Assembly (NCBI GenBank): GCA_963798085.1
Contig: CAWCRS010000008.1
Coordinates: forward strand, 352,001 to 416,000
Length of the DNA stretch: 64,000 bases
Source of the DNA: an uncultured Gemmatimonadales bacterium
Lineage (GTDB): Bacteria; Gemmatimonadota; Gemmatimonadetes; Longimicrobiales; RSA9
Reading direction: 5' to 3'
In this document: positions 46,574 to 55,765 of the stretch, piece by piece
How positions within the stretch are numbered: the stretch's first letter is position 1
Layout: every line of letters starts with the position of its first letter
Notes under the pieces: generated by a model
What the model was told of the DNA's origin: nothing
The model's input: the letters and a program-made list of their open reading frames with translations, nothing else
The model's database searches: none
Translations under genes and position numbers: made by a program

Positions 46574-47632
46574 ATGGCGCTGCGAACAGGCGAGTTCGGG
46601 AACCTGCCGGACGGCGCGGCCGTCACCATCTTCACACTGGACAACCGTCACGGCGTGGAAATCCGCATCATGACGCTGGGCGGCACCGTCGTTTCGCTCC
46701 GCACACCCGATCGCTACGGCCGCCTCAATGACATCGTGCTGGGCTTCGACAGCGTTGCGGAATACCTGCACGATGCCTCCTTCTTCGGCGCCATCATCGG
46801 CCGTTACGCGAACCGCATCGCGCACGGCCGCTTCACGCTCGACGGCCAGCAGTACCAGCTGGCCACCAATCACCCGCCCAATCACCTGCACGGCGGCGTG
46901 CGCGGATTCGACCGCCGGCTCTGGGACGCCGAGCCGATCCGCGACGAGCGCGGTGCTGCGGTCGTGTTCAGCCGCACCAGTCCGGACGGCGAGGAAGGAT
47001 ACCCGGGCACGCTGCACGCGCGCGTCGCGTGCACACTGACCGATCAGAACGAACTGATCTACGAATTCCAGGCGACGACGGATCGTCCGACTCCCGTCAA
47101 TCTCTCCGAGCACAGCTACTTCAACCTTGCCGGCGCCGGCAACGGCGAAATCCTCGATCACGAGCTGACCATCTTCGCCGACGCCTACACGCCCGTCAAT
47201 GCGACGCTCATACCGACAGGCATCGAGCCCATCGCCGGAACGCCCTTCGACTTCCGAACGTCTGCACGCATCGGCGCCCGCATCCACCAGGATGACGCGC
47301 AGCTGCGATTCGGACGCGGGTACGACCATAACTTCGTGTTGCGAGCCGCTCCACCGGGGCTGCGCGCCGCCGCACACGTGTATGAACCGCACTCTGGCCG
47401 TTCGCTCGACATACACACCACCGAACCCGGCCTGCAGCTCTATTCCGGCAACTTTCCGGATGCGGGCCTCGCTGGAAAGGGCGGACGCCGCTACCGGCGC
47501 CGTGCCGGCTTCTGCCTCGAGCCGCAGCACTTTCCCGACTCGCCCAACCAGCCCGCCTTCCCCTCCGCCATCCTGCGACCGGGCGCCGCATACCATTCGC
47601 GCACCGTACTGCGCTTCGGCGTCGTCACGTAG
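46574..47632 (+). CDS. galM: Aldose 1-epimerase (galactose mutarotase)
   Basis: GRYANRI, NHLHGG, GEEGYPG, HSYFNL, GYDHNF, FCLEPQHFPDSPN. Confidence 0.93.
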   Translation: MALRTGEFGNLPDGAAVTIFTLDNRHGVEIRIMTLGGTVVSLRTPDRYGRLNDIVLGFDSVAEYLHDASFFGAIIGRYANRIAHGRFTLDGQQYQLATNHPPNHLHGGVRGFDRRLWDAEPIRDERGAAVVFSRTSPDGEEGYPGTLHARVACTLTDQNELIYEFQATTDRPTPVNLSEHSYFNLAGAGNGEILDHELTIFADAYTPVNATLIPTGIEPIAGTPFDFRTSARIGARIHQDDAQLRFGRGYDHNFVLRAAPPGLRAAAHVYEPHSGRSLDIHTTEPGLQLYSGNFPDAGLAGKGGRRYRRRAGFCLEPQHFPDSPNQPAFPSAILRPGAAYHSRTVLRFGVVT

Positions 47633-47785
47633 CAGACGGGCCAGCCGCGCGCCGTCGCGGACGGCGCGCGCAGAGCGCGACTCCGGCCCGTGGCGAATGG
47701 CCGGTGCACAGCACAACCCTTGCGTCCGCGTGACGCTCCAACTATATCGTAGTACGGTATTCCCGCCAACGGTATACGAGGCGAA

Positions 47786-48127
47786 ATGAGCCCGAGAAGC
47801 GGCGTGTCCGTCACGCCACAGGTGTTCCAGATCATGCTGTCGCTGGCCGGCGGCGACCTGCACGGCTACGCGCTGATGCAGGACATCGAGCAGCGCACGG
47901 ATGGCGAGGTGACGCTGACCGCGAGTACGCTGTACGGCGCCATCCGGCGCATGCGGGATGCCGGCTGGATCGAAGAACGCAGCACGGATGACGCGGATGA
48001 GCGGCGGCGTGTGTACCGGCTGACACGCGCGGGCCGGGTCGCGGCCGGCGAAGAAGCGGTGCGGCTGGAGGCCATGGCGCGCGAGGCCAGGCGCCGTCGC
48101 CTGTTTCCTTCCCCTCGCCGGTCCTGA
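47786..48127 (+). CDS. PadR family transcriptional regulator
   Basis: HGYALMQ, STLYGAIRRM, RRRVYRLT. Confidence 0.9.
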   Translation: MSPRSGVSVTPQVFQIMLSLAGGDLHGYALMQDIEQRTDGEVTLTASTLYGAIRRMRDAGWIEERSTDDADERRRVYRLTRAGRVAAGEEAVRLEAMAREARRRRLFPSPRRS

Positions 48128-48136
48128 GGAGGCCAA

Positions 48137-50797
48137 ATGCGCAACGCGCTGCGGTGGCTGTGCGCGCTGTGGATCCGCGCGCTGGTGCGCTGCCTGCCGC
48201 CATCGTTCCGTGCGGCGTACGGCAGGGAAATCGTGGCACTGTATCGCGCGTCGCAGGGCGGGAGCGCGGGCACTGCCGCCGTGCTGCGTCGCTTTGTGCG
48301 CGAGCTGGGCAGTCTGCTGCGGCTGCTGGTTCGGGAGTGGGGCACAGCGCTGGCCGCGGTGCTGCACGGGGCGCGGCGGGCGCCATGGCTGCTCGACGCC
48401 CGCCATGTGGCGCGTACACTCGCGCGCTCGCGCGCCTACGCGATTGCAGTCGTGAGCACGCTGGCGCTGGGCATCGCCGGGCTGGCGGCGCTCAGCGTCG
48501 TGGTGCGGATCACGTTGCTGCGTCCGCTGCCCTATGCAGCGCCGGGCCAGCTGGTGCGCATCGTGGAAAACGCGCACGGTGCCTACAGCGGCGAGACGAC
48601 ATCACTGCCCAACATGGTGGCGTGGCAGGAGCGCGTGCACACGCTCGAGCACATTGCCGCGGTTTCCGCCGGTGGCGGCGTCAATGTGAGTCTGGGCGAG
48701 CGGACGGTTCGCGTCCGCTCGGCGCAGGTATCCGCGGAGACGTTCGCGCTGCTGGGTGTGCAGCCGCTGCGGGGCGGGGTTCTCGTCGGTGATGATTTCA
48801 AGCCGGGCGGTGCGCGCCGCGTCGTGCTCAGTCATGGGTTCTGGCAGCAGTTCCTGGGCGCGGACACGACGATCATCGGGCGCACGCTGCGCATCAATGG
48901 CGCGCCCGTCGAGGTGGCGGGCGTGATGCCTGCCGGCTTCTCCTTTCCCGACGGCACCACCGCGCTGCTGCTGCCCCTGCAGATAACACCGGGTTTGGGC
49001 CTGGCGTCGCCCAATGGCCGCTGGGCGAGGCTGTTCCAGGCGTACGGCCGCGTGCGCGCGGGAGGGACGCTGCAGAGCGCGGCACGCGAGCTGGCGGTGG
49101 TGTCGGCGGACCTGCAGCGCGAGTTCGGGCCGCCCAACGAAGGGATGCGTGCGCGGCCCCTGCCGCTGGCGGACACCATGATGGGCAGCTCTCGCCGGCT
49201 GATCGAGCTGCTCACGGGGGCGGCCGTCATCGTGCTGCTGGTCGCCTGCAGCAACATCGTCGCGCTGACAGCCGTGCGCGCAGCGCAGCGGCGCCGGGAA
49301 CTGGCCATCCGCATGGTTCATGGCGCGACGCGCGGCGCGGCACTGCGCCTGTTCGGCCTGGAGCTGGCTGTCCTGGGCGTGGTGGGCACGAGCGTCGGCG
49401 CCTGGCTCGCGGTGCTGCTGGGACCCGCAGCCAGCCGGCTGATCCCCAATGCGCTGCCGCACGCGCCGCTGCGCGTCCCGGAGCTGCTGGCCAGTGCCTC
49501 ACTCCTGGGCGCGCTGACGGTGATGTTCCTGCTGCTGGGTCTGCTGCGTTCGCCGGTGGCAGCCGCGGCACTTTCGCAGGCCGTGAGCGGAGGCACGCGT
49601 ACCACCATGAACCGGCACCAGCGGCGCTGGCGCAGTCTGATGGTCGCCGGACAGATCGCGGCCGCCATCACACTGCTCATCGCAGCCGCCGCGCTGGTGC
49701 GCAGCTTCCTCGGCGTGGTGCGCACACCCACCGGATTCCAGCCCCAGGGCATCGTCACCATGGCTGTGAATCCCGGATTCATGCAGCCGGCGCAACTCGA
49801 GCAGTTCTACGCAACGCTGGAAGCGCAGGTGCGAGTGCTGCCCGGTGTGCAGGGACTGGGCATGGTGGACGGCCCGCCGCTCTCGGGGGGCGGCATCGGG
49901 TGGACCTACGTGCCGGAAGGAAATGGCATTGCGGGCGGGCAGGAGCCGGCTGCCACAACGCATCTGATCGACGACGACTATCCTTCCACCATCGGCATCC
50001 CGCTGCTGGCAGGCCGGCTGCTGCAAGCCGCCGACACGTTCGCGCAGGCGCCCGGTGTGCTGGTGAGCGCGACACTCGCGCGCGCCAGCTTCGGCACGCC
50101 GGCTGCGGCCGTCGGCGGTCGCATCACGCTGGGCAGCGTGAGCTCCGGCAACGTGCCCATGACGATCGTGGGCGTCCTCGGGGATGTGCGCGACGGTTCC
50201 CTGCGTGATCCGCCCGGCTCTCTCATCTATCAACGCTACGCCGCGTCGACCCCGAGCAGCCGCATGGTGCTGGTGGTGCGCGCGGACGGCAATGCCAGTG
50301 AGCTGGCCGCCCGCGTGCAGACCATCGTCCGGGCGCTGAATCCGGACGTCCCCATATCCAGCGTGCGCGCCCTTGATGCCATTGTGGCCGACGCCGCCGC
50401 GCGCGAGCGCGTGACCGCCGCCATCGCCGGGGCGCTGGGCGCGCTCACTCTGCTCCTCGCCGCGGTGGGAATCACAGGACTGTTCGGCCAGCTCGTCATG
50501 GACCGCCAGCGCGCGCTCGCCATTCGCCTGGCCATGGGTGCCACACCGGCACGCGTCATCGGGGAAACCCTGGGCAGCGCCCTGCTCATCATCAGCGCCG
50601 GCGCTGCGCTCGGCCTGGGCGCGGCGCTGGCCCTGCGCGGCGTACTGCGCCCCTTCCTGGTGCGCGCCGCGCCCTTCGACGCCGGCGCCGCGGCCCTGAC
50701 TATCCTGCTGTTAGGCGGCATCGGCCTGCTGGCGGCGCTCATCCCCGCCCTGCGCAGCACGCGCCGTTCCCCGCTGCGCGCACTGGCCGGCGACTGA
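48137..50797 (+). CDS. ABC transporter permease, duplicated MacB/FtsX (ADOP-type, divergent)
   Basis: LPPSFRAAYGREI prefix, TLALGI, LLVACSNI, RELAIR, AIRLAMGA, SPLRAL. Confidence 0.85.
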   Translation: MRNALRWLCALWIRALVRCLPPSFRAAYGREIVALYRASQGGSAGTAAVLRRFVRELGSLLRLLVREWGTALAAVLHGARRAPWLLDARHVARTLARSRAYAIAVVSTLALGIAGLAALSVVVRITLLRPLPYAAPGQLVRIVENAHGAYSGETTSLPNMVAWQERVHTLEHIAAVSAGGGVNVSLGERTVRVRSAQVSAETFALLGVQPLRGGVLVGDDFKPGGARRVVLSHGFWQQFLGADTTIIGRTLRINGAPVEVAGVMPAGFSFPDGTTALLLPLQITPGLGLASPNGRWARLFQAYGRVRAGGTLQSAARELAVVSADLQREFGPPNEGMRARPLPLADTMMGSSRRLIELLTGAAVIVLLVACSNIVALTAVRAAQRRRELAIRMVHGATRGAALRLFGLELAVLGVVGTSVGAWLAVLLGPAASRLIPNALPHAPLRVPELLASASLLGALTVMFLLLGLLRSPVAAAALSQAVSGGTRTTMNRHQRRWRSLMVAGQIAAAITLLIAAAALVRSFLGVVRTPTGFQPQGIVTMAVNPGFMQPAQLEQFYATLEAQVRVLPGVQGLGMVDGPPLSGGGIGWTYVPEGNGIAGGQEPAATTHLIDDDYPSTIGIPLLAGRLLQAADTFAQAPGVLVSATLARASFGTPAAAVGGRITLGSVSSGNVPMTIVGVLGDVRDGSLRDPPGSLIYQRYAASTPSSRMVLVVRADGNASELAARVQTIVRALNPDVPISSVRALDAIVADAAARERVTAAIAGALGALTLLLAAVGITGLFGQLVMDRQRALAIRLAMGATPARVIGETLGSALLIISAGAALGLGAALALRGVLRPFLVRAAPFDAGAAALTILLLGGIGLLAALIPALRSTRRSPLRALAGD

Positions 50798-51068
50798 CGG
50801 CAACGAGACGGTTACGCCGGCCGGCGGCCGCGGCACCATCCTGGAGGCGGCCAATCTGCACCGTACGGTGCAGAAGCTGATCCGCGACGGTCTGGTCGAG
50901 GTGACGACGAAGCGGCCGCATCCCACCCGGGACGATCCCCGCCGCCGCGACTACGCGATCACGAAGCTGGGTCGTGCCGTGGCGGCCGCGGATGCCGTGC
51001 GCATGCGTTCGCTGGCGGAAGCGGCGGAGGCGAGGAAGCTGGTATCGCGGCCCGGTCGGGTGACATGA
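50798..51068 (+). pseudogene. 5'-truncated PadR remnant
   Basis: ANLHRTVQKLIRDGLV..DPRRRDYAITKLGR matches the PadR C-half; HGY helix and a proper start are missing. Confidence 0.6.
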
Positions 51069-51454
51069 GCGTGCCGGATCCTCGCTTCCGCTTCGTGACG
51101 CGTGCGTATCGCCTGCTGCTGCGCGCCTTTCCGCGGGCGTACGCGAGGCGCACGCGCCCGAGCTGGTCGAGTTCTTCCTCGAGCGCCACGCCGCGGAGCG
51201 CGCGCGTGGTCGTGCCGCGGGTTTGCGCTGCGCCCCACGTCGCCGTGGCGGTGGGCATGGGCCTGGCGGCAGGCCTCGCCGCGGCGATTGCGGGTGGCCG
51301 CCTGATCCGGAGGCTGCTGTTCGGCGAACGGGCCCGCGATCCCCTGACACTCGTCGCCGTGACGCTGGTCCTGGCACTGGTGGCCGCCCTCGCCTGCGTC
51401 GCCCCCGCCCCCCGCGCCGCCACCGTCCACCCTGCCGACGCCATCCGGACCTGA
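51065..51454 (+). pseudogene. Internally deleted ADOP permease remnant (N-prefix joined to last TM helices)
   Basis: YRLLLRAFPRAY prefix, then directly LLFG..DPLTLVAV..LACVAPA..VHPADAIRT. Confidence 0.65.
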
Positions 51455-51477
51455 CTCTCTCCACCGGCCTCACTCTG

Positions 51478-51713
51478 CACCGCAGCGAATGCGGAGAGCG
51501 CGGAGGAACGGCGTCAGAGGTTAACAGATTGTTATCCTTTACGGATAGGGATGTGGCTTTCGCTCAGCACGACGATCGCCGCCAATGGAATCCCGGATCG
51601 AGCAGCCGCAGCCACTATCCTCGAGCAGGAAGCTCCTGCAGGCAACGAAGCATGCTTCACCGCGGATAAGCACGCAGCGCCTCCCCCGCGTCCTCCGCGC
51701 TCTCTGCGGTGAG
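51478..51713. repeat. Inverted pair of REP-like repeats (GCAGAGAGCGCGGAGG type), one inside the cobU 3' end
   Basis: 51491-51506 versus reverse complement of 51692-51707: 15/16 match. Confidence 0.45.
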
Positions 51714-52235
51714 AGGAAGAGGCCGGCCGCTGAGGAGTAACCAGGCGTGGCGGGCCTCGGCGGCCACGCGCTGATTGGCGCGGCCGGCGGCGTCGCGGAA
51801 CCAGCGGCCCAGGCCGGTGGGCGGCACCACACCCATGCCGACTTCGTTGGTGACGACAATGAGCGTGCCGGCGCGCGCGGCGGCGGACCGGAGCAGCGCG
51901 CTGATTTCGCGGTCGACGGCGGCGTGCACGGCCTCTTCGCCTTCCGGTTCCAGCCGTAACACGGTGTTGGAGACGAGGAGTGTCAGGCAGTCGAGCAGCA
52001 GGACGGGCGTCGTCGCCTGCTCGATACACTGGCCGGCACCGGCGGTCAGCTCAATGGTGTGCCAGGCGGCGGGGCGGCTGGCGCGGTGGCGGGCAATACG
52101 TGCCTGCATCTCGGGATCGCTGGCCCGGGCCGTGGCGAGAAAGGTCACAGCGTCGCCGCCCATGCGCACGGCCAGCCGCTGCGCAAAGTCGCTCTTGCCG
52201 CTGCGTGCGCCGCCGGTCACGAACAGGATGTCCAT
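51657..52235 (-). CDS. cobU: Adenosylcobinamide kinase / cobinamide-phosphate guanylyltransferase
   Basis: GGARSGKS, EMQARIARHR, LLDCLT, VTNEVGMG, FRDAAGRANQ. Confidence 0.95.
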   Translation of the reverse strand: MDILFVTGGARSGKSDFAQRLAVRMGGDAVTFLATARASDPEMQARIARHRASRPAAWHTIELTAGAGQCIEQATTPVLLLDCLTLLVSNTVLRLEPEGEEAVHAAVDREISALLRSAAARAGTLIVVTNEVGMGVVPPTGLGRWFRDAAGRANQRVAAEARHAWLLLSGRPLPLTAESAEDAGEALRAYPR

Positions 52236-52243
52236 GATGATTC

Positions 52244-53332
52244 TCAGGCGTCGTCGGATCTGGCCGAGACGCCCGCCGACGCGAATGTGGCCATCTCGCG
52301 CAGAATCGCGGCGGCCGCTTCCAGCAACGGCAGCGCCAGCAGTGCGCCGGTGCCTTCACCCAGGCGGAGACGCAGGTCGAGCAGCGGCTCGAGGCCGAGC
52401 GCGTGCAGCTGCACGGTGTGGCCCGGCTCGACCGAGCGGTGGGCCGCGAACAGCCACTCGCGGGCAGCGGGCTGCATGCGTACGGCGGCGAGCGCGGCAG
52501 CCGTGGCGATGAAGCCATCGGTCACGACGACTCGCTTCCGCGCCGCGGCCGCCAGCGTGGCGCCCGCGAGCGCCGCGATCTCGAGGCCGCCCACCTCACA
52601 GAGCGCCTGCAGCGCACTCGGCGCACGCCCGCCATGTGCGCGCTCCACCCGCGCCAGCGCGGCCTCCACCGCGACGCGCTTGCGACAGAGGCCGGCATCG
52701 TCGAGGCCGGTGCCACGGCCCAGCACGGCCGCGACCGGTGCGCCGGTGAGCAGCACGGTAAGAGCCGCAGCCGAGGTGGTGTTGCCAATGCCCATCTCGC
52801 CCAGCGCGAAAATGTCCGTGCGTCGCGCCAGCTGGTCGACGATCGCGGCGCCCGCAGCCATGGCCGCGGCGACCTCGGCAGGCGTCAGTGCGGGCTGTTC
52901 CACGAAATCGCGCGAACCGGGACGCACCTTGCAGTGCAACACGCCGGTAGTGCCGGCCAGATCCGCGGCCACACCCACGTCGGCCAGCACCACATCGGCG
53001 CCCACGGCGCGCGCGATGGCACACACGGCGGCGCCGCCCGCGGCGATATTGCGCACCATCTGCGCGGTGACTGCGGGCGGATAGGCGGAAACCCCGTTTC
53101 GGGCGACGCCGTGATCGGCCGCGAACACCAGCACGGCACGCCGGCGCAGCGGCGGCGGCGGGTCACCCAGCAGCAGGGCCAGCCGGTACGCCAGATCCTC
53201 GAGCACCCCGAGACTGCCGGGCGGCTTGGTCAGGGCATCGAGGTGCGCGCGCACGGCAGCGTCGCTGGCGGCGGACGCGGGGACGACACTGTCGAGAGGA
53301 AGCGCCGGTGCAGCAGCGCCAGTCGCGTTCAC
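52244..53332 (-). CDS. cobT: Nicotinate-nucleotide-dimethylbenzimidazole phosphoribosyltransferase
   Basis: LTKPPGSLGVLE, FAADHGV, GEMGIGNTT, DGFI, LRLGEGTGA. Confidence 0.95.
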   Translation of the reverse strand: MNATGAAAPALPLDSVVPASAASDAAVRAHLDALTKPPGSLGVLEDLAYRLALLLGDPPPPLRRRAVLVFAADHGVARNGVSAYPPAVTAQMVRNIAAGGAAVCAIARAVGADVVLADVGVAADLAGTTGVLHCKVRPGSRDFVEQPALTPAEVAAAMAAGAAIVDQLARRTDIFALGEMGIGNTTSAAALTVLLTGAPVAAVLGRGTGLDDAGLCRKRVAVEAALARVERAHGGRAPSALQALCEVGGLEIAALAGATLAAAARKRVVVTDGFIATAAALAAVRMQPAAREWLFAAHRSVEPGHTVQLHALGLEPLLDLRLRLGEGTGALLALPLLEAAAAILREMATFASAGVSARSDDA

Positions 53333-54006
53333 GTGGCGGGCTCCTGGTCAGTTCGTTCACGGAACCGCAGCACTGCGGCAGGTGGGATTTCCATCAGCCG
53401 CGCCTGCCGGAATAACACGCCTGTCAGCAGACCGAGCAGCACACGCATCGGTCCGCCGTGCGTGAAGGCAATGACGGACCGGGCGGTTGCAATGTCGTGC
53501 AGCCAGTCCGCGCAGCGCCCGGTCAGCCGGCTCAGCGACTCGCCTTCCGGCGGCGATACCGCTTCCGGCTGACTCAGCCATGCGCCGTAGCAGTCAGCGA
53601 ATCGTTCCGCGCATTGCGCGTGCGTGAGGCCTTCGAAGCGGCCGAAATCCAGTTCACGCAGGCGAGAATCGGGCAAGCTGACGCAATCCGGCAGCGCCAG
53701 CGCCGCCGTCTGCCGCGTTCTCGCCATATCGCTCGTGAAGACAAGAGCGCCGGCAGCGGCCAGCGGTTCCAGCACGCCTTGCAGCGCCGCCGCCTGCGTC
53801 CGGCCTTCCGGGAGCAGCGCACCATCGGTTGCGCCCTGGTAGCGGCGATCGGCGTTGAGCGCGGTGGTGCCGTGGCGCACGAGTACAATGCTGCGCAGCG
53901 TCGGCCTTGCGAACTCCGGTGTCAGCAACCAGCCGCCGCCCGTTGCCGTCGGCGCCAGGCTGCCCGCCGCCGGGCGGGGCAGGGATCGCGTTCCGCGCGG
54001 CGTCAT
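53329..54006 (-). CDS. cobC: Histidine phosphatase, probable alpha-ribazole phosphatase
   Basis: LVRHG, LRELDFGRFEG, THGG; lies between cobS and cobT. Confidence 0.8.
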   Translation of the reverse strand: MTPRGTRSLPRPAAGSLAPTATGGGWLLTPEFARPTLRSIVLVRHGTTALNADRRYQGATDGALLPEGRTQAAALQGVLEPLAAAGALVFTSDMARTRQTAALALPDCVSLPDSRLRELDFGRFEGLTHAQCAERFADCYGAWLSQPEAVSPPEGESLSRLTGRCADWLHDIATARSVIAFTHGGPMRVLLGLLTGVLFRQARLMEIPPAAVLRFRERTDQEPAT

Positions 54007-54716
54007 TGGAGGCACGCGAAGACCAGGAGTACGGTGCTTTCCGCGGCCAGTCCTGCGGCGCCGTGCACATCGCCGGTGACGCCGCCGAAGCGACGCGAAA
54101 GCCACCCGGCGAGCAGCACGCCTGCCGCGCTGCCGATGGGCGCCGCAACCAGCTCGCGCGGACCGGCCAGCGGCAGCAGTCCGCCGAGGCACACGAGAGC
54201 CACGACGGTTGCGGGCAGGAGGCGCGCATCACGGGCAAAGGCCGCACCCAGTCCATCCCTGCGCGCGGGTCGCAGGCGGGCGACCGTGAGGGTCATGGTC
54301 CAGCGCCCGGCGATGGCGGCGATGGGCGCCGCGACTGGCGGCACCTGTGCGAGTGCAGAGAAGCGCACCAGCAGCAGCACTAACAGCGCGTTCACAGCGT
54401 GGGCGCCCACGTGCGGATCGCGCAGGATCGCGAGTCGCCGCTCGCGGCCGGCAACGGCGAAGGCCGCATCCGCGCAGTCCATCCAGCCATCCTCGTGCAG
54501 CCCGCCGGCCAGCAATGCCCACACGCCCACGGCCAGCGCCGCGCGTGGCAGCGCGGGAACGGGCAGCAGCAGGACGCCGGCCACGAGGCCGCCAACGCCC
54601 AGGCCCACGAGCGGGAACCACATCAATGCAGCGGCCGGCGCGAGCGCAGCCTCGTGCTCGCTCCACGCCAGGGGCAGCACCGTCAGGTGTCGGATTGCGC
54701 CGCGCAGCGCACTCAC
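54003..54716 (-). CDS. cobS: Adenosylcobinamide-GDP ribazoletransferase (cobalamin synthase)
   Basis: FPLVG, GGLHEDGWMDCAD, ILRDPHVG, GGVTGDVHGA. Confidence 0.92.
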   Translation of the reverse strand: MSALRGAIRHLTVLPLAWSEHEAALAPAAALMWFPLVGLGVGGLVAGVLLLPVPALPRAALAVGVWALLAGGLHEDGWMDCADAAFAVAGRERRLAILRDPHVGAHAVNALLVLLLVRFSALAQVPPVAAPIAAIAGRWTMTLTVARLRPARRDGLGAAFARDARLLPATVVALVCLGGLLPLAGPRELVAAPIGSAAGVLLAGWLSRRFGGVTGDVHGAAGLAAESTVLLVFACLQ

Positions 54717-55765
54717 GGCAGGTGTGTGAACGCGATGGCGATAGGACAGATGCCGGTCGTGATCTCCCGATCCACGAGCAGCGCGCTGTTCAGCCGGTAC
54801 ACCGACGCCGGCCCGTGACATTCCGGCAGCGCCGTGTACACGCGGCCCTCGGCGTCGATGGAAACGGCGGAGGACGACGGCACACCGCCGGCCGCCACCG
54901 CATTCGCAGGCGAGCGCACGAAGCTGCCCGTCAGCGCATCCCACACGGCCAGCCCGTAGCTGAACGACGCGCTGTACACGCGTCTGTCATCACCGTATGC
55001 GACGCCGCCGGGAAACTCGCCGAAGCCGGAGACGCGCTGCGTCTCGGCCAGTGTGTGGCGATCGATGATGGACAGTGAGCCATCGCCCGCACCGAAGCTG
55101 CCGGAATCGAGTACGTAGAGGCGGCCGTCGCTGCCCGCCCAGGCCGCGCCGGCATTGTTGCCGGTAAGCGGAATCGTGGCGACGACGTGCGGCGGCGCGC
55201 CGGTGATCACGCTGACCGTGGATGGCCCTGCCGGCGAAAACGTCTGGTCCAGATTCGCGTTCAGCACGAACACCGTGTCATGTGCGGACGCTGCGGCCTG
55301 CGGATACATGCCCACCGCCAGCTCGGCGCCCGCCGTGCCTCGCCGCGCGTTGATGAGGCTCACCGAGTTGCGACCGGGGTTGCCCACCACCGCGATGGAA
55401 TCGTTGAGGAACGCGACTCCCGTGGCGCCCGAGTTCGCGGGCAGCGGAACGGTGAAGAGCAGCGTGCGTTGCGCAAGGTCGACGACGGCGGCGCCGGGCA
55501 CGACGCCGAGAGGCACGACGGCCAGTGTGCCCCGTACGGCGATGCTCACCGGACTGCCATCCGGCCCCAGGCCAATGGTGGCGGCCGGGGCGGCGGCATC
55601 GACATCGAACACAGAGAGCGTGCGGTCCACGCTGTTGACGACGACGCCCACCTCGGTGCCCTGCGGCAGCGTCACCTGCATGCCATCGTCCGTGCAGGCG
55701 GCGGCTGTCAATGCGATTAACAGGCTGTACGCGAACGTGCGTCGGCGGGCATGTAGCGGTCTCAT
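54713..55765 (-). CDS. YncE/BtuG-like beta-propeller lipoprotein
   Basis: Lipobox TAAAC; repeated propeller blades (VGMYP, LYVLDSG, SLSIID); inside the B12 operon after the TonB receptor. Confidence 0.65.
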   Translation of the reverse strand: MRPLHARRRTFAYSLLIALTAAACTDDGMQVTLPQGTEVGVVVNSVDRTLSVFDVDAAAPAATIGLGPDGSPVSIAVRGTLAVVPLGVVPGAAVVDLAQRTLLFTVPLPANSGATGVAFLNDSIAVVGNPGRNSVSLINARRGTAGAELAVGMYPQAAASAHDTVFVLNANLDQTFSPAGPSTVSVITGAPPHVVATIPLTGNNAGAAWAGSDGRLYVLDSGSFGAGDGSLSIIDRHTLAETQRVSGFGEFPGGVAYGDDRRVYSASFSYGLAVWDALTGSFVRSPANAVAAGGVPSSSAVSIDAEGRVYTALPECHGPASVYRLNSALLVDREITTGICPIAIAFTHLP

